Shown one piece after another: positions 9,748 through 18,713 of a DNA stretch of 64,000 bases. The DNA is from a bacterium. GTDB lineage: Bacteria > Armatimonadota > UBA5829. The stretch lies in contig JAJFVF010000012.1 in the NCBI GenBank assembly GCA_021371935.1, forward strand, positions 177,909-241,908, written 5' to 3'. Each line of letters starts with the position of its first letter. The stretch's first letter is position 1. The notes below the pieces were generated by a model. That model was not told where the DNA came from and did not search any database. It was given only the letters and a program-made list of their open reading frames with translations. The position numbers and the translations under genes are program-made.

Positions 9748-10128
9748 CTACTTTGCCTTTGCTATCCGGCTTGTCTCTATGGGTCCCGGACCAATGCCAT
9801 CCTTACTGCCTGCCCCGACATTTATCGTCAAAAATAACAGTAGATAAATTGTGACATACATTGCGATGGTCGCACGGAGCATAAACTTTACAAACTGTGG
9901 TTTGAACTGACGCGACCATTCAAAAAGAAACACAGGCAGAAATATTAGCAGAAGCTTCATCATTATGAATGTGCCTATGCCATATTTCAGATAGAACGAC
10001 ATTATCGGGTTGCCTTCTGATGCTTTGTTTGTATTTATAAATAGTAGCGTTGCCACCAAATCAAACGCACAAATGGCAATCAGTACTATGCTCTCTTTTG
10101 TAATTGTCATAACCCCACTCCAGATCAC
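9748..10128 (-). CDS. Small membrane protein, DUF5658-like
   Basis: FDLVATL...EGNPIM motif followed by hydrophobic helices. Confidence 0.65.
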   Translation of the reverse strand: MIWSGVMTITKESIVLIAICAFDLVATLLFINTNKASEGNPIMSFYLKYGIGTFIMMKLLLIFLPVFLFEWSRQFKPQFVKFMLRATIAMYVTIYLLLFLTINVGAGSKDGIGPGPIETSRIAKAK

Positions 10129-10264
10129 TCATGGTAGTTATTCCCGTTATTTATGCGTTCGCACTATGAGTTTATCTGTCATCAGGCAACATGTTTGGAG
10201 GTGCTGAAAAACTGACATACTGGTTTTGTTGTTCAATCACTGGTTGCAAGTGGGGGCACTTGAG

Positions 10265-10561
10265 ATGCTCAAGATACACGGGCGAAAAGCTGGAATTGCT
10301 TTTTTGACATTGGCTGCGGCAGTAATGCTTGTATGTCTTTTTGCTTTGATACAGGTATATGCAGGTCCGGGAAAAAGAGATGCAAACACAATTACCAGCC
10401 CCTGGAATTTCTCCAACGCACCGCCGCAGAGCATAAGTAGGAATAATGTCAGAATAGTCTCAGGCAGAAACTTATCTTTTCCCGGCCACACAGAACTAAT
10501 AGGCAAAACAAAGAACAATTCAGGAGTAAGGACAGCCAGCACTGCCTCAATGTTCCATTGA
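10265..10561 (+). CDS. Hypothetical protein with N-terminal membrane or signal helix
   Basis: Basic N-terminus followed by the hydrophobic stretch [21 protein letters not shown]; no known motif. Confidence 0.4.
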   Translation: MLKIHGRKAGIAFLTLAAAVMLVCLFALIQVYAGPGKRDANTITSPWNFSNAPPQSISRNNVRIVSGRNLSFPGHTELIGKTKNNSGVRTASTASMFH

Positions 10562-11314
10562 AGGCTTGAAATGAGGATTATCAGTTTCAACAGTGTATTT
10601 TATGTACTCTTCACGTTCCACTGCGGTGCATGTAATGACATGTAAATCAAGGAATAGCATATTAATACTCTTGGTGTCCCTGATGTTAACCCAGCTTTGG
10701 GGAGTCAGATCAGTCCACGATTTTTTGGGAACTCGACTCCCACCATGGAAATCAAACCAGTAATCGGCCAGGAGAATATCACGCCTGTGATTGAGCCACT
10801 CACAAGGTTTATAAGGACATGGCTGTGTCTCTGATTTATCCAAATAGTTGCTCCCAGGTAGATATGCGGTAGGGCCTGGATACATATAACTGGAGCCGAA
10901 GTTGTACCAATAGGGCTTGTCCAGATCCGCTTCGCCGGTCCCCTTGAGAATATCCCCATAGCATACCCAGAGACGTTTTGGCATCCTATCACATGGGTAC
11001 TGCTCATGACCAGGAGAATCGGGCATCTCACCAGGTTCCGGTTGAGCTGGAACATATCTAGGAATCAGAGGTTTCACAAACAAGACCCAAGGGTTTCTAT
11101 ATAATTCGGGTGACTGCGGAAGGCCATAGCCCGAGTTATCATCCATATAGCAGGTAATCGCTGCACCAAGCTGCTTTAGATTGGATGCACACGTGCGCAT
11201 TTTGGCGGCTTCTTTTGCCTGCAGCAGTACAGGGGCAATCATGGCGGCAAGAATAGCGATGATCGCTATTACCACCAGCAGCTCCACCAAAGTATAGCCG
11301 CGAATTTTCATCAT
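10547..11314 (-). CDS. Prepilin-type N-terminal cleavage/methylation domain protein (DUF1559-like)
   Basis: [46 protein letters not shown]; C-terminal NMLFLDLHV. Confidence 0.9.
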   Translation of the reverse strand: MMKIRGYTLVELLVVIAIIAILAAMIAPVLLQAKEAAKMRTCASNLKQLGAAITCYMDDNSGYGLPQSPELYRNPWVLFVKPLIPRYVPAQPEPGEMPDSPGHEQYPCDRMPKRLWVCYGDILKGTGEADLDKPYWYNFGSSYMYPGPTAYLPGSNYLDKSETQPCPYKPCEWLNHRRDILLADYWFDFHGGSRVPKKSWTDLTPQSWVNIRDTKSINMLFLDLHVITCTAVEREEYIKYTVETDNPHFKPSMEH

Positions 11315-11500
11315 TGAATGCGACTCCATTTTGCAGGCGACAAAATCCACTGTGGGCATGACCGGACATAATTGCCCACTAGTCGGTATTCTACACTATA
11401 ATTGTCAACCGTGCAATTGGTCGAACGTTTTAGGTTTGCTAGTTCCGGTGTATTACGAGGAAGTAATGCCAAAGAACTAGAAATTTAATATTGTGCGGCC

Positions 11501-11529
11501 TTGACGAAATGCTCAAGCAGGTATATGAT
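11501..11529 (+). promoter_or_regulatory. Sigma70-like promoter of the response regulator/kinase pair
   Basis: TTGACG-N17-TATGAT. Confidence 0.6.
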
Positions 11530-11640
11530 TCCTGCATACCTAAGTAATACATGACTAGCATTGCGTAAATACTTTGCTACAGCATAATCAGCATTTTAGC
11601 ACAACTTGTGCTCAAGTCAAGTAGCTATGGAGGCAAGAAA

Positions 11641-12321
11641 GTGGACACACCCGTGGCACGGCAGCAGACACAAGAAAGCGTAACAGTTCTTATAGCCGAT
11701 GATCACGGCATTTTGAGAGAAGGACTCCGCGGCCTGTTGGAGGAATATGATGACTTGGTGATTGTAGATGAAGCCACCAATGGTGCGGAAGCAGTTGCCA
11801 AAGCCAAGGAGTTGCAACCTCAAATAATGCTGTTGGACCTGATTATGCCTGAGATGGGCGGTGTCGAGGTTTTGGAAGCGTTGGCTGCACAGGCTCTGCC
11901 GACAAAAGTTATCGTGCTCACCGGCGCCGATGATGACGAGCTTCTGGCACGGTGCATAAAGAGTGGGGCGCAGGGCTATTTACTGAAAGATGCAGCTTCC
12001 AACCAGCTTGTGGACGCAATCCACACAGTTGCAAAGGGTGGGTGTTGGCTGCCCACCGATTTGACAGAAAAGCTGTTTAGAGGTATGGCAAAAAAATCAA
12101 ATGGGGGAGATTCAGCCAAACTTTCGCTGCTTACTGCACGTGAGATTGAAGTGCTCAAACTTCTTGGCGAAGCCAAAACAAATATGGAAATTGCAGACCA
12201 GTTGTTCATAAGCGAACACACAGCAAAGGTGCATGTCAGCCGGATATTGGAGAAACTGGGTCTGTCAACGCGTTCCGAAGCCGTAAGGTTCGCAATTCGC
12301 AGCGGGGTTGTACAGGCTTAG
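11641..12321 (+). CDS. NarL/FixJ-family response regulator
   Basis: Receiver motifs ADDH, LLDLIMP and GYLLK plus LuxR HTH LTAREIEVL. GTG start after GGAGG. Confidence 0.93.
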   Translation: MDTPVARQQTQESVTVLIADDHGILREGLRGLLEEYDDLVIVDEATNGAEAVAKAKELQPQIMLLDLIMPEMGGVEVLEALAAQALPTKVIVLTGADDDELLARCIKSGAQGYLLKDAASNQLVDAIHTVAKGGCWLPTDLTEKLFRGMAKKSNGGDSAKLSLLTAREIEVLKLLGEAKTNMEIADQLFISEHTAKVHVSRILEKLGLSTRSEAVRFAIRSGVVQA

Positions 12322-12324
12322 TTT

Positions 12325-14001
12325 ATGAAAGCCGGAGGAGTCTACAGTCTCAAACTGGAGAGGTTGTCGGTTGAACGACAGCAATCAATCATCAGGATTT
12401 TGCTGTCTGTTACAACGTCTCTGTTGCTGCTCAAGATATATATCGATCAGGGACCGAACCCTGAAGATCGTCTGATTTCACTCGACTGGGTAATTATCCT
12501 CACCGCAGTTTTTCTTGTATACAGCATCCTCGCCTGGTTATTGCTCAAGTTGCGTCCCGACCTGCTTAAAGAGGTGATGCTAGCAACCAGCATTTTCGAG
12601 GTTATTTTAATTGCATTTCTTATTCGTATGACTGCCGGAACGAGCATTCCTTTCTACCTCTGGTATTTGTTTTACATTGTGAGTGTATCCACGCGATATG
12701 GCCGCCAGTATGCCATTCTGGCTCTTGCAGCATGCATTGTATCATTTGTTGGGGTTGTTTCAATAGCTTCGGGATCATTTACAGTCATCGTCCCTGCTGT
12801 GCTGGGTTTTACCTGTTTTTTACTTGTGCTGGGATTTATGTTTGGACAAATATCCGAAAGGCAGATCAATTACCAAGCCAGCCTGTCGGTTGTCAACGAG
12901 TTTCGTGCAGAACTTGCCGGTATGGCGACATCATCAGAGATCATAGGCTACCTGCTGTCACAAGTTAAGGCGCTGCTTAACGTCGAGAAGGCATGGTTTT
13001 TGCCTGCGAAGAGAGGATCGGACGGTTCGGAAGCAATCGGCCTGCGTTCCATGGGTGCAGACCCAGTGCTGCTTTCCACCTTCCGCGAAAGCGGAGATGA
13101 ATGGAATGTGGAGGCTGTCCTAAGGGAGCAGCGGCCCATATTATCCAATAACCTTTCAAAGGACACCTCCCTGCCCACCGGAGTATCGGCAAAGCTGGGT
13201 TTAAGACATCTCGCAGCAGCGCCTATGATGGTTAGAAGTGTGCCGGTGGGTGTTGTCTATGCCGCCAACCGTAAGGATAAACCCATGGTCTCGTCCGACT
13301 TGCAGATACTGGAACTAATAGCAACGCAGGCTGCACCGGTTGTGGAAAATGCTCTATTGTGGGAACGCCTGCGCGAAGCGGCAGCCTCTGAAGAACGCCT
13401 GAGGATCGCGCGAGACCTGCATGATAATTTTCTGCAAACACTTGCCGCCATTAAACTTCATCTGGAAAGATGCAAGATACTTGTTCAGAAAGATTCCGGC
13501 AGGGCAATTGAGGGAATCGATAAAATCCACCAGATTGCCACTCGTGGTCTGGCCGAGGTTAGAGTTTATCTTTCAGAGTTGAGACTGATGGGACCGGAGC
13601 CGAGTCGCTTTAGGCAGGCGATAGAACGAGCGTCTGCAGATGCAGCAGCTAAGGGCGGTTTCAAAACTCACCTCGATATTCATCTTCCGGATGAGGTAAT
13701 GCCGCCAAACGTTGCTCTTGCGGCATTCCAGGTCGCACGGGAGCTGCTGAACAATGCCGCGGCTCATTCAGGCGCTGAGCATGTCGAAGTCCGTGTTTAT
13801 ATGCAGGAAGAAAAGTTGTATATCGAAGTCGAGGATGACGGCAAAGGTTTCGATGTCCCACGTGTCCGGGCTGAGAAAGCGTCTGAAGGGCATTTAGGAC
13901 TGGTGGGAGTCGAAGAACGCACTCGGCAGTCGCGCGGCAGCCTTGTAATTACAAGCGAGCCGGGAAAAGGCACTATTGCCACCGCCACGCTCACTATCTG
14001 A
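12325..14001 (+). CDS. Membrane GAF-domain sensor histidine kinase (HisKA_3)
   Basis: About 6 N-terminal TM helices, a GAF-like segment, H-box ERLRIARDLHD, N-box ELLNNAAAHS and G-boxes EDDGKGF and GKGT. Confidence 0.93.
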   Translation: MKAGGVYSLKLERLSVERQQSIIRILLSVTTSLLLLKIYIDQGPNPEDRLISLDWVIILTAVFLVYSILAWLLLKLRPDLLKEVMLATSIFEVILIAFLIRMTAGTSIPFYLWYLFYIVSVSTRYGRQYAILALAACIVSFVGVVSIASGSFTVIVPAVLGFTCFLLVLGFMFGQISERQINYQASLSVVNEFRAELAGMATSSEIIGYLLSQVKALLNVEKAWFLPAKRGSDGSEAIGLRSMGADPVLLSTFRESGDEWNVEAVLREQRPILSNNLSKDTSLPTGVSAKLGLRHLAAAPMMVRSVPVGVVYAANRKDKPMVSSDLQILELIATQAAPVVENALLWERLREAAASEERLRIARDLHDNFLQTLAAIKLHLERCKILVQKDSGRAIEGIDKIHQIATRGLAEVRVYLSELRLMGPEPSRFRQAIERASADAAAKGGFKTHLDIHLPDEVMPPNVALAAFQVARELLNNAAAHSGAEHVEVRVYMQEEKLYIEVEDDGKGFDVPRVRAEKASEGHLGLVGVEERTRQSRGSLVITSEPGKGTIATATLTI

Positions 14002-14031
14002 CCAAGCCGCATTACAACAATTACTCATCTT

Positions 14032-15138
14032 TTAGTCTTCCCTGATTATATCTTCGTCGAAAGACTCAGCTATCTTGTGACCAGGTTCCACATATAAAAA
14101 GTCATCTTCATCCCACTGTAAGTTGACCAGCCTTTCGATAAGAGACATGCTTCCTTCAATCTCAGCGTATTCCCAGTTATGGCTGTCGGCGATTTCATGC
14201 GTAAATTTGCGATATGCTTCTATGTCTCCCAGCCCCATGTTGATGAAAGTGGCCCGTGTGTAATGTTGATACCACTGCTGCTCCTGTTCGATCAAATATT
14301 TGGCGTTTTCCTCGCCGTATTTTTCTAAGTATTGTCTGTATTTCTCCTGATAGTTACGCTCATGAACATCGTCTATAAACCCCTGCTGCACATCGCCTTC
14401 CTTGAAGTCTATCCAACCGGGGCTGTAATAATATGTGCCGGGATGAGCTGCAAACTCCTTGTTATAGCGTTCACGCGAACCCAGAAATAGAGTAATGCAG
14501 TCATGAGCACGGGGAATTATTATGGGGATGGATCGCGCGACAATATCTGCTGTTCCGCGACTGCACAGTCCGTAACCCAGAGCAATCAGCTCATAGTCCT
14601 GATCTTCACATTCATCAATTTGAGATTGAATGGTGTCTCTGAGTTCATCGGGAGTGTTGTGCAGCCCGAAAGCAAGAAGCTCGATATCTGTTTCATGCCG
14701 ACTCTTGGCTGCCGCCTGTTTGATCTCATAGCTGAGAGCCTCACAGGCAATGATTTTAATCTTACGTTTTGCGCTTTTGAACGAAAATGGTATTTTGCCA
14801 AAAACCATAACATAGGCTGCAGGCAAACCCCAGCATAAAAAACACTGCATCGCATTTAGCAGCGATGGCTCTGTTTGTGATGAGGATATAAAATTGCGAT
14901 GGATTATTTCGTTTGCGATATAAATCACACATATTGCGAAAATTGCAGTACCTATGATCCTGTTGACAATAGAACTATGCTTGCCATGGAAGCAAGCAAG
15001 AGCTGAAAAAAGACATAAAACGCCGATCAGCGGAAGTATCCAACCATTACGTAAAAAATGAAATGTTGCTGCAAAAAAGCATACCGCTGCCGTAAGTATA
15101 AGAATGATCGCAATACTGACTCGAGCGCCGAAACTCAA
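14032..15138 (-). CDS. DUF1638-domain protein with N-terminal membrane domain
   Basis: KIIACEAL, GLHNTPDELR, LGYGLCSRG, PRAHDCITLFLGS and GTYYYSPGW are typical of DUF1638; preceded in frame by about 120 hydrophobic residues. Confidence 0.8.
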   Translation of the reverse strand: MSFGARVSIAIILILTAAVCFFAATFHFLRNGWILPLIGVLCLFSALACFHGKHSSIVNRIIGTAIFAICVIYIANEIIHRNFISSSQTEPSLLNAMQCFLCWGLPAAYVMVFGKIPFSFKSAKRKIKIIACEALSYEIKQAAAKSRHETDIELLAFGLHNTPDELRDTIQSQIDECEDQDYELIALGYGLCSRGTADIVARSIPIIIPRAHDCITLFLGSRERYNKEFAAHPGTYYYSPGWIDFKEGDVQQGFIDDVHERNYQEKYRQYLEKYGEENAKYLIEQEQQWYQHYTRATFINMGLGDIEAYRKFTHEIADSHNWEYAEIEGSMSLIERLVNLQWDEDDFLYVEPGHKIAESFDEDIIRED

Positions 15139-15333
15139 TTAATACACCCCTGCATTACATATATAATACTTGAGTATACTTTATCAGTCCTGCTTGGGCA
15201 AGGAATTCTTCTGCAGAACCGAATCATTACTCTCCCGCAACCTACGTGAAAGCATGGTAAAATGGTTCAGCCATTTAGCATGGGAGGAGAACCCCCACTG
15301 GATGTAACTGACAATAGATCTGTTGAGGAGGAT

Positions 15334-16527
15334 ATGCTTATGGACCCAAAAGTATTGTTTGTAATCACCATCACAACCGCACGGATGTTTATGCCCGGAA
15401 TGTCGGGGTTGGCAAAGATACCTGGTATGAATATGCCCGACATGAGTGCGCCTACAAGAACGATCACCATGGACTTGACCAGCGATCAGAAACCGCAGGA
15501 GAGTTATAAGGCAGAGTGTGCTATTCCTGAGGGTCTGAAACTGGGTCCAAAAGTGGACTTGAAGATCGACATTCCTGAGAAATCAACAACGTCTCAAGAG
15601 TCGTTTTCAGAAGATGAGTCTACAGCAGATAAGTCCGGCGATATGAAGATGAAGACCTATTGGGGCTGCGGGCAGTCCATACCGGACGGCCAACCAAAGA
15701 TACTCGACACCAAATCAATGGGTATGATCTCACAACAATCATTCAAGTCAGGCAAACTAAAGACATCTGCGACGAGTCGCATCATCGATAAAGATAACAC
15801 GCATGCTTATTGGCCTAATGGCGATTTCAAAGGAATAGCTAAAGATGCTGCCGCCGCTCCCGGTGACTATGATCTGACCACCAACTTCTGTGGCCAGACG
15901 AAGGTGATGCTCAAAGGCACTCAGGATTTTCTTGAGGCGATAGAGATTATGGAGCCCGGTAAAAAGGGTGCTGATGTCACAAAAGCCATCCCGATCAAAT
16001 GGAAAGCCGTGGCGAATGCCAAAGCATATCTGCTGATGGCGTTTGCCTCGTCAGGCAATGAGATAGTGACGTGGACATCCAGTTCCAGCCCTGATTTTCC
16101 GATGGACTTGCAGTATAAAGCAATCAAGAAGTCGGACCTCGACGACTATGTCAAAAAGGGAATTCTACTCCCCGGCGATGCCACGTCCTGCTGCATTCCT
16201 GCAGGGGTTTTCAGTGGAAAAGAGTCACCCATGTTGGCGATAATCGCATTCGGAGCCGACAAGATTCAGGACAGAAACGGTATAGAGGCTAATGTGGTTA
16301 TTCGCTCCACTGCCACCATGACACTTGGCGCGGCGATGCAGATGGAAGATGACGATGAATCCGATGAGCCGGACGAGGCCAAAGTGAAGAAAGACGATGT
16401 GGGCGAAGAAGAAGAGGTAGAAAACGATGATTCCGCTGATGTTGTCGATCAGGCAGACGAGGCTCTCGACAAGATCGAAAAGACAGACAATGTAATAAAC
16501 CGCGCAAAGAGAATCTTTAAGCGCTAG
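15334..16527 (+). CDS. Conserved-looking hypothetical protein with acidic C-terminal tail
   Basis: Long ORF with RBS GAGGAGG; contains YWGCGQSIPDGQPK and a D/E-rich tail. Confidence 0.7.
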   Translation: MLMDPKVLFVITITTARMFMPGMSGLAKIPGMNMPDMSAPTRTITMDLTSDQKPQESYKAECAIPEGLKLGPKVDLKIDIPEKSTTSQESFSEDESTADKSGDMKMKTYWGCGQSIPDGQPKILDTKSMGMISQQSFKSGKLKTSATSRIIDKDNTHAYWPNGDFKGIAKDAAAAPGDYDLTTNFCGQTKVMLKGTQDFLEAIEIMEPGKKGADVTKAIPIKWKAVANAKAYLLMAFASSGNEIVTWTSSSSPDFPMDLQYKAIKKSDLDDYVKKGILLPGDATSCCIPAGVFSGKESPMLAIIAFGADKIQDRNGIEANVVIRSTATMTLGAAMQMEDDDESDEPDEAKVKKDDVGEEEEVENDDSADVVDQADEALDKIEKTDNVINRAKRIFKR

Positions 16528-16603
16528 CCCGCATTATTCGCGAGGAACGTGAATAATGCTCTCAGAGACCCGGATTATGCGGTAAGCGCATAATCCGGGC
16601 TAG
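16524..16603. repeat. 80-bp double-hairpin dispersed repeat, copy 1 (REPIN/MITE-like)
   Basis: Termini CTAGCCC...GGGCTAG; stems GCATTATTC/GAATAATGC and CCCGGATTATGCG/CGCATAATCCGGG. An inverted homolog lies at 54257-54336. Confidence 0.85.
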
Positions 16604-16611
16604 ACAAAATA

Positions 16612-16640
16612 TGGGGCGCGAAGTCTTCGCGCCCCACTTT
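16612..16640. terminator. Bidirectional terminator between convergent genes
   Basis: 10-bp stem TGGGGCGCGA/TCGCGCCCCA flanked by A-rich and T-rich tracts. Confidence 0.7.
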
Positions 16641-16664
16641 AACTTAACCTACAACTGCCGACAC

Positions 16665-18347
16665 TTACTCGTTTTGATGTTCTGCAATCGGGATCAGCAG
16701 TCTTCTTGCAATCTCGATATCTCCAGTGGATTTCAGCCTGCCATCCACATTTCTGCACGCGAGGGTAATGGCCTGTTCATAGTCCACCATCTCCTCGGAT
16801 GATCGCATGTTCTCTGAAGCGATCACGGCCAGTTCGTAGTCCTGAATCCCTTCACGAAGCTGTTCCCAGCGCAGGCTGGATATCGGTCCGTTCTCTCCTG
16901 GATATACGAAGAACGTATCCCCCGATGGAAACGTAATATGCGCCTGCCACTGTACATGTTCGTAAGGACTCTCTGACCAGTCGTTATACGCCCAGCGCAA
17001 AAATCCATCATAGCCGCCCTGCATCGCGAAAAAGCCCATCATGCGTGACTCGATAAGCGGCGAGTGAACGAATGTATTTGGAAATTCAGGTCCGCAGCAT
17101 ACATAATAAGTTGTAATTGATTTCTCTGGACTATCCTTTGCCGCAACACAAACATTGTCCGGATCAACAAGTTCGACCACTCCCACGGCGCTGCGTTCGG
17201 GTGGAGCCATCTCGGCTATCCCTCGCTCATTAAACGGCACCGCGAGTGAAAGGTCGTCCATACTGCCAAAGAGGTTGCTGCGTGTATTGGCGGCAAGCGC
17301 AGTCTTGAAGTCGGGAGCGTATTCACCCAGGAAGTCAATCATCTTCTCCATAACTTCACTGGGCTTCTCGTCAAAGGCAATATAGGTCTTGTCCATCCAC
17401 CCTTTGCCGGTCAGATGCTTGCGAAAAGCATCAAAGAACGCTCCCCATGCCTTCACATACTCATCGTCCATGATCTGAGTCATCATCTCAACTTCATTAC
17501 CGCTTTGAGCATCGGTGTAAGTAATCAGGCTCTGGCCGGCTTTCTCGGGTCCCTGGACTATGGAGTAGCAGTGAATAGTCTGCTCGATCCCATATTGGCG
17601 GTGAATCTCGACATACTTATCGAATATAGAAAAATCGAATTCGTATGTGTCACCGCGCCTGATCCACTTTACGGTGCTGGGGTACGGCGTATATGTCTGA
17701 TCGATCCATGGCTTTGCCACCACAGGAGCAACAACTGTTTTCTGTCCATGCGCCGCCATATCTTCCAGATAAGGCTTCATATGCTCGAAATGCTCTTCAG
17801 ACCACATCGGGTCGCCATAGAAGCGTGCAATCGCTCCAGGGTTCATCCAGATGTTTAGGTAAAATTTCCAGTCATGGACATCCGGCAGGTCGACGTCGGC
17901 GACTTCTATTTGTATCGATCGGCTGGCAAGCTGCTTGCCGTCGAGTTCCAGCGCCGCAAGACCAAGGTAGACCCCTTTGGGTATATCCTTTGGTACTTTT
18001 ATATTTATGTAGAGCGCGGCGGATTTGTCGATATCGAAAGAATCAACCGGATAAAGCGGATCGCAAACCATTCCTGCTTCAGGCGTCGGCACTGCGCCGA
18101 CAAGATATATGCGAGCGGCATGGGCAGGTATGTTTCCGCCAGGGCACGATAAGTCGCTGAGTATCAACCGAGCATTTTTCACAGGCTTGTTCGCCGTAAC
18201 AAGAGCCGTAACCGAGGTTACGGAGTTGCGGCATGTGAGCGCTTTAAGCGGCACGTCCGGCACATCCGGCGGCACTTCACCTTGCAATGGAGGTCTGCGA
18301 AGCGTCTGCCAGGCTAAAATATTATAATCAGACAAAGGGTTCCTCAC
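16665..18347 (-). CDS. DUF4091-domain glycoside hydrolase (GH123-like)
   Basis: IAFDEKP, GFLRWAYNDW and GDTFFVYPGENGPISSLRWEQLREGIQDYE. Confidence 0.8.
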   Translation of the reverse strand: MRNPLSDYNILAWQTLRRPPLQGEVPPDVPDVPLKALTCRNSVTSVTALVTANKPVKNARLILSDLSCPGGNIPAHAARIYLVGAVPTPEAGMVCDPLYPVDSFDIDKSAALYINIKVPKDIPKGVYLGLAALELDGKQLASRSIQIEVADVDLPDVHDWKFYLNIWMNPGAIARFYGDPMWSEEHFEHMKPYLEDMAAHGQKTVVAPVVAKPWIDQTYTPYPSTVKWIRRGDTYEFDFSIFDKYVEIHRQYGIEQTIHCYSIVQGPEKAGQSLITYTDAQSGNEVEMMTQIMDDEYVKAWGAFFDAFRKHLTGKGWMDKTYIAFDEKPSEVMEKMIDFLGEYAPDFKTALAANTRSNLFGSMDDLSLAVPFNERGIAEMAPPERSAVGVVELVDPDNVCVAAKDSPEKSITTYYVCCGPEFPNTFVHSPLIESRMMGFFAMQGGYDGFLRWAYNDWSESPYEHVQWQAHITFPSGDTFFVYPGENGPISSLRWEQLREGIQDYELAVIASENMRSSEEMVDYEQAITLACRNVDGRLKSTGDIEIARRLLIPIAEHQNE

Positions 18348-18713
18348 ATTCAGCTCTTCCCAAGCAATTTATGTTAAGTAAATTGCACATTTCGGTCTGG
18401 ATTCCGTATGTTCAGAGCACGTTCTCTGATATAGGTTCAAGACCATGTTTACTTAGAGTATTTTGACCTAAGCATGCAACAATGTCAATGCTTAAATTCG
18501 TCGATGTCCATTCGATATAACCCGAACGGCATTCATTCCCAATCAACAGGTGCAAGAATGTTGTTTAATTAAAAATTCTTTTGTTGGTCAGACAATCAAA
18601 CATTATAGCCCGCATTGAAGGATGATCGCAGTAAAAGTCGAACATGCAAATATGAAAAATGTCTAATACGAGATATTGTGCCGAAGACACTGAAGCTGTA
18701 ATAGGATTCAAAA

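Noticed and set aside
15169-15189. CTTGAGT half-site as a second HAIR operator
   Set aside because: The second arm (ATCAGTC) does not match ACTCAAG.
16524-16640. CRISPR array
   Set aside because: These are adjacent hairpins without regularly spaced direct repeats, spacers or cas genes.
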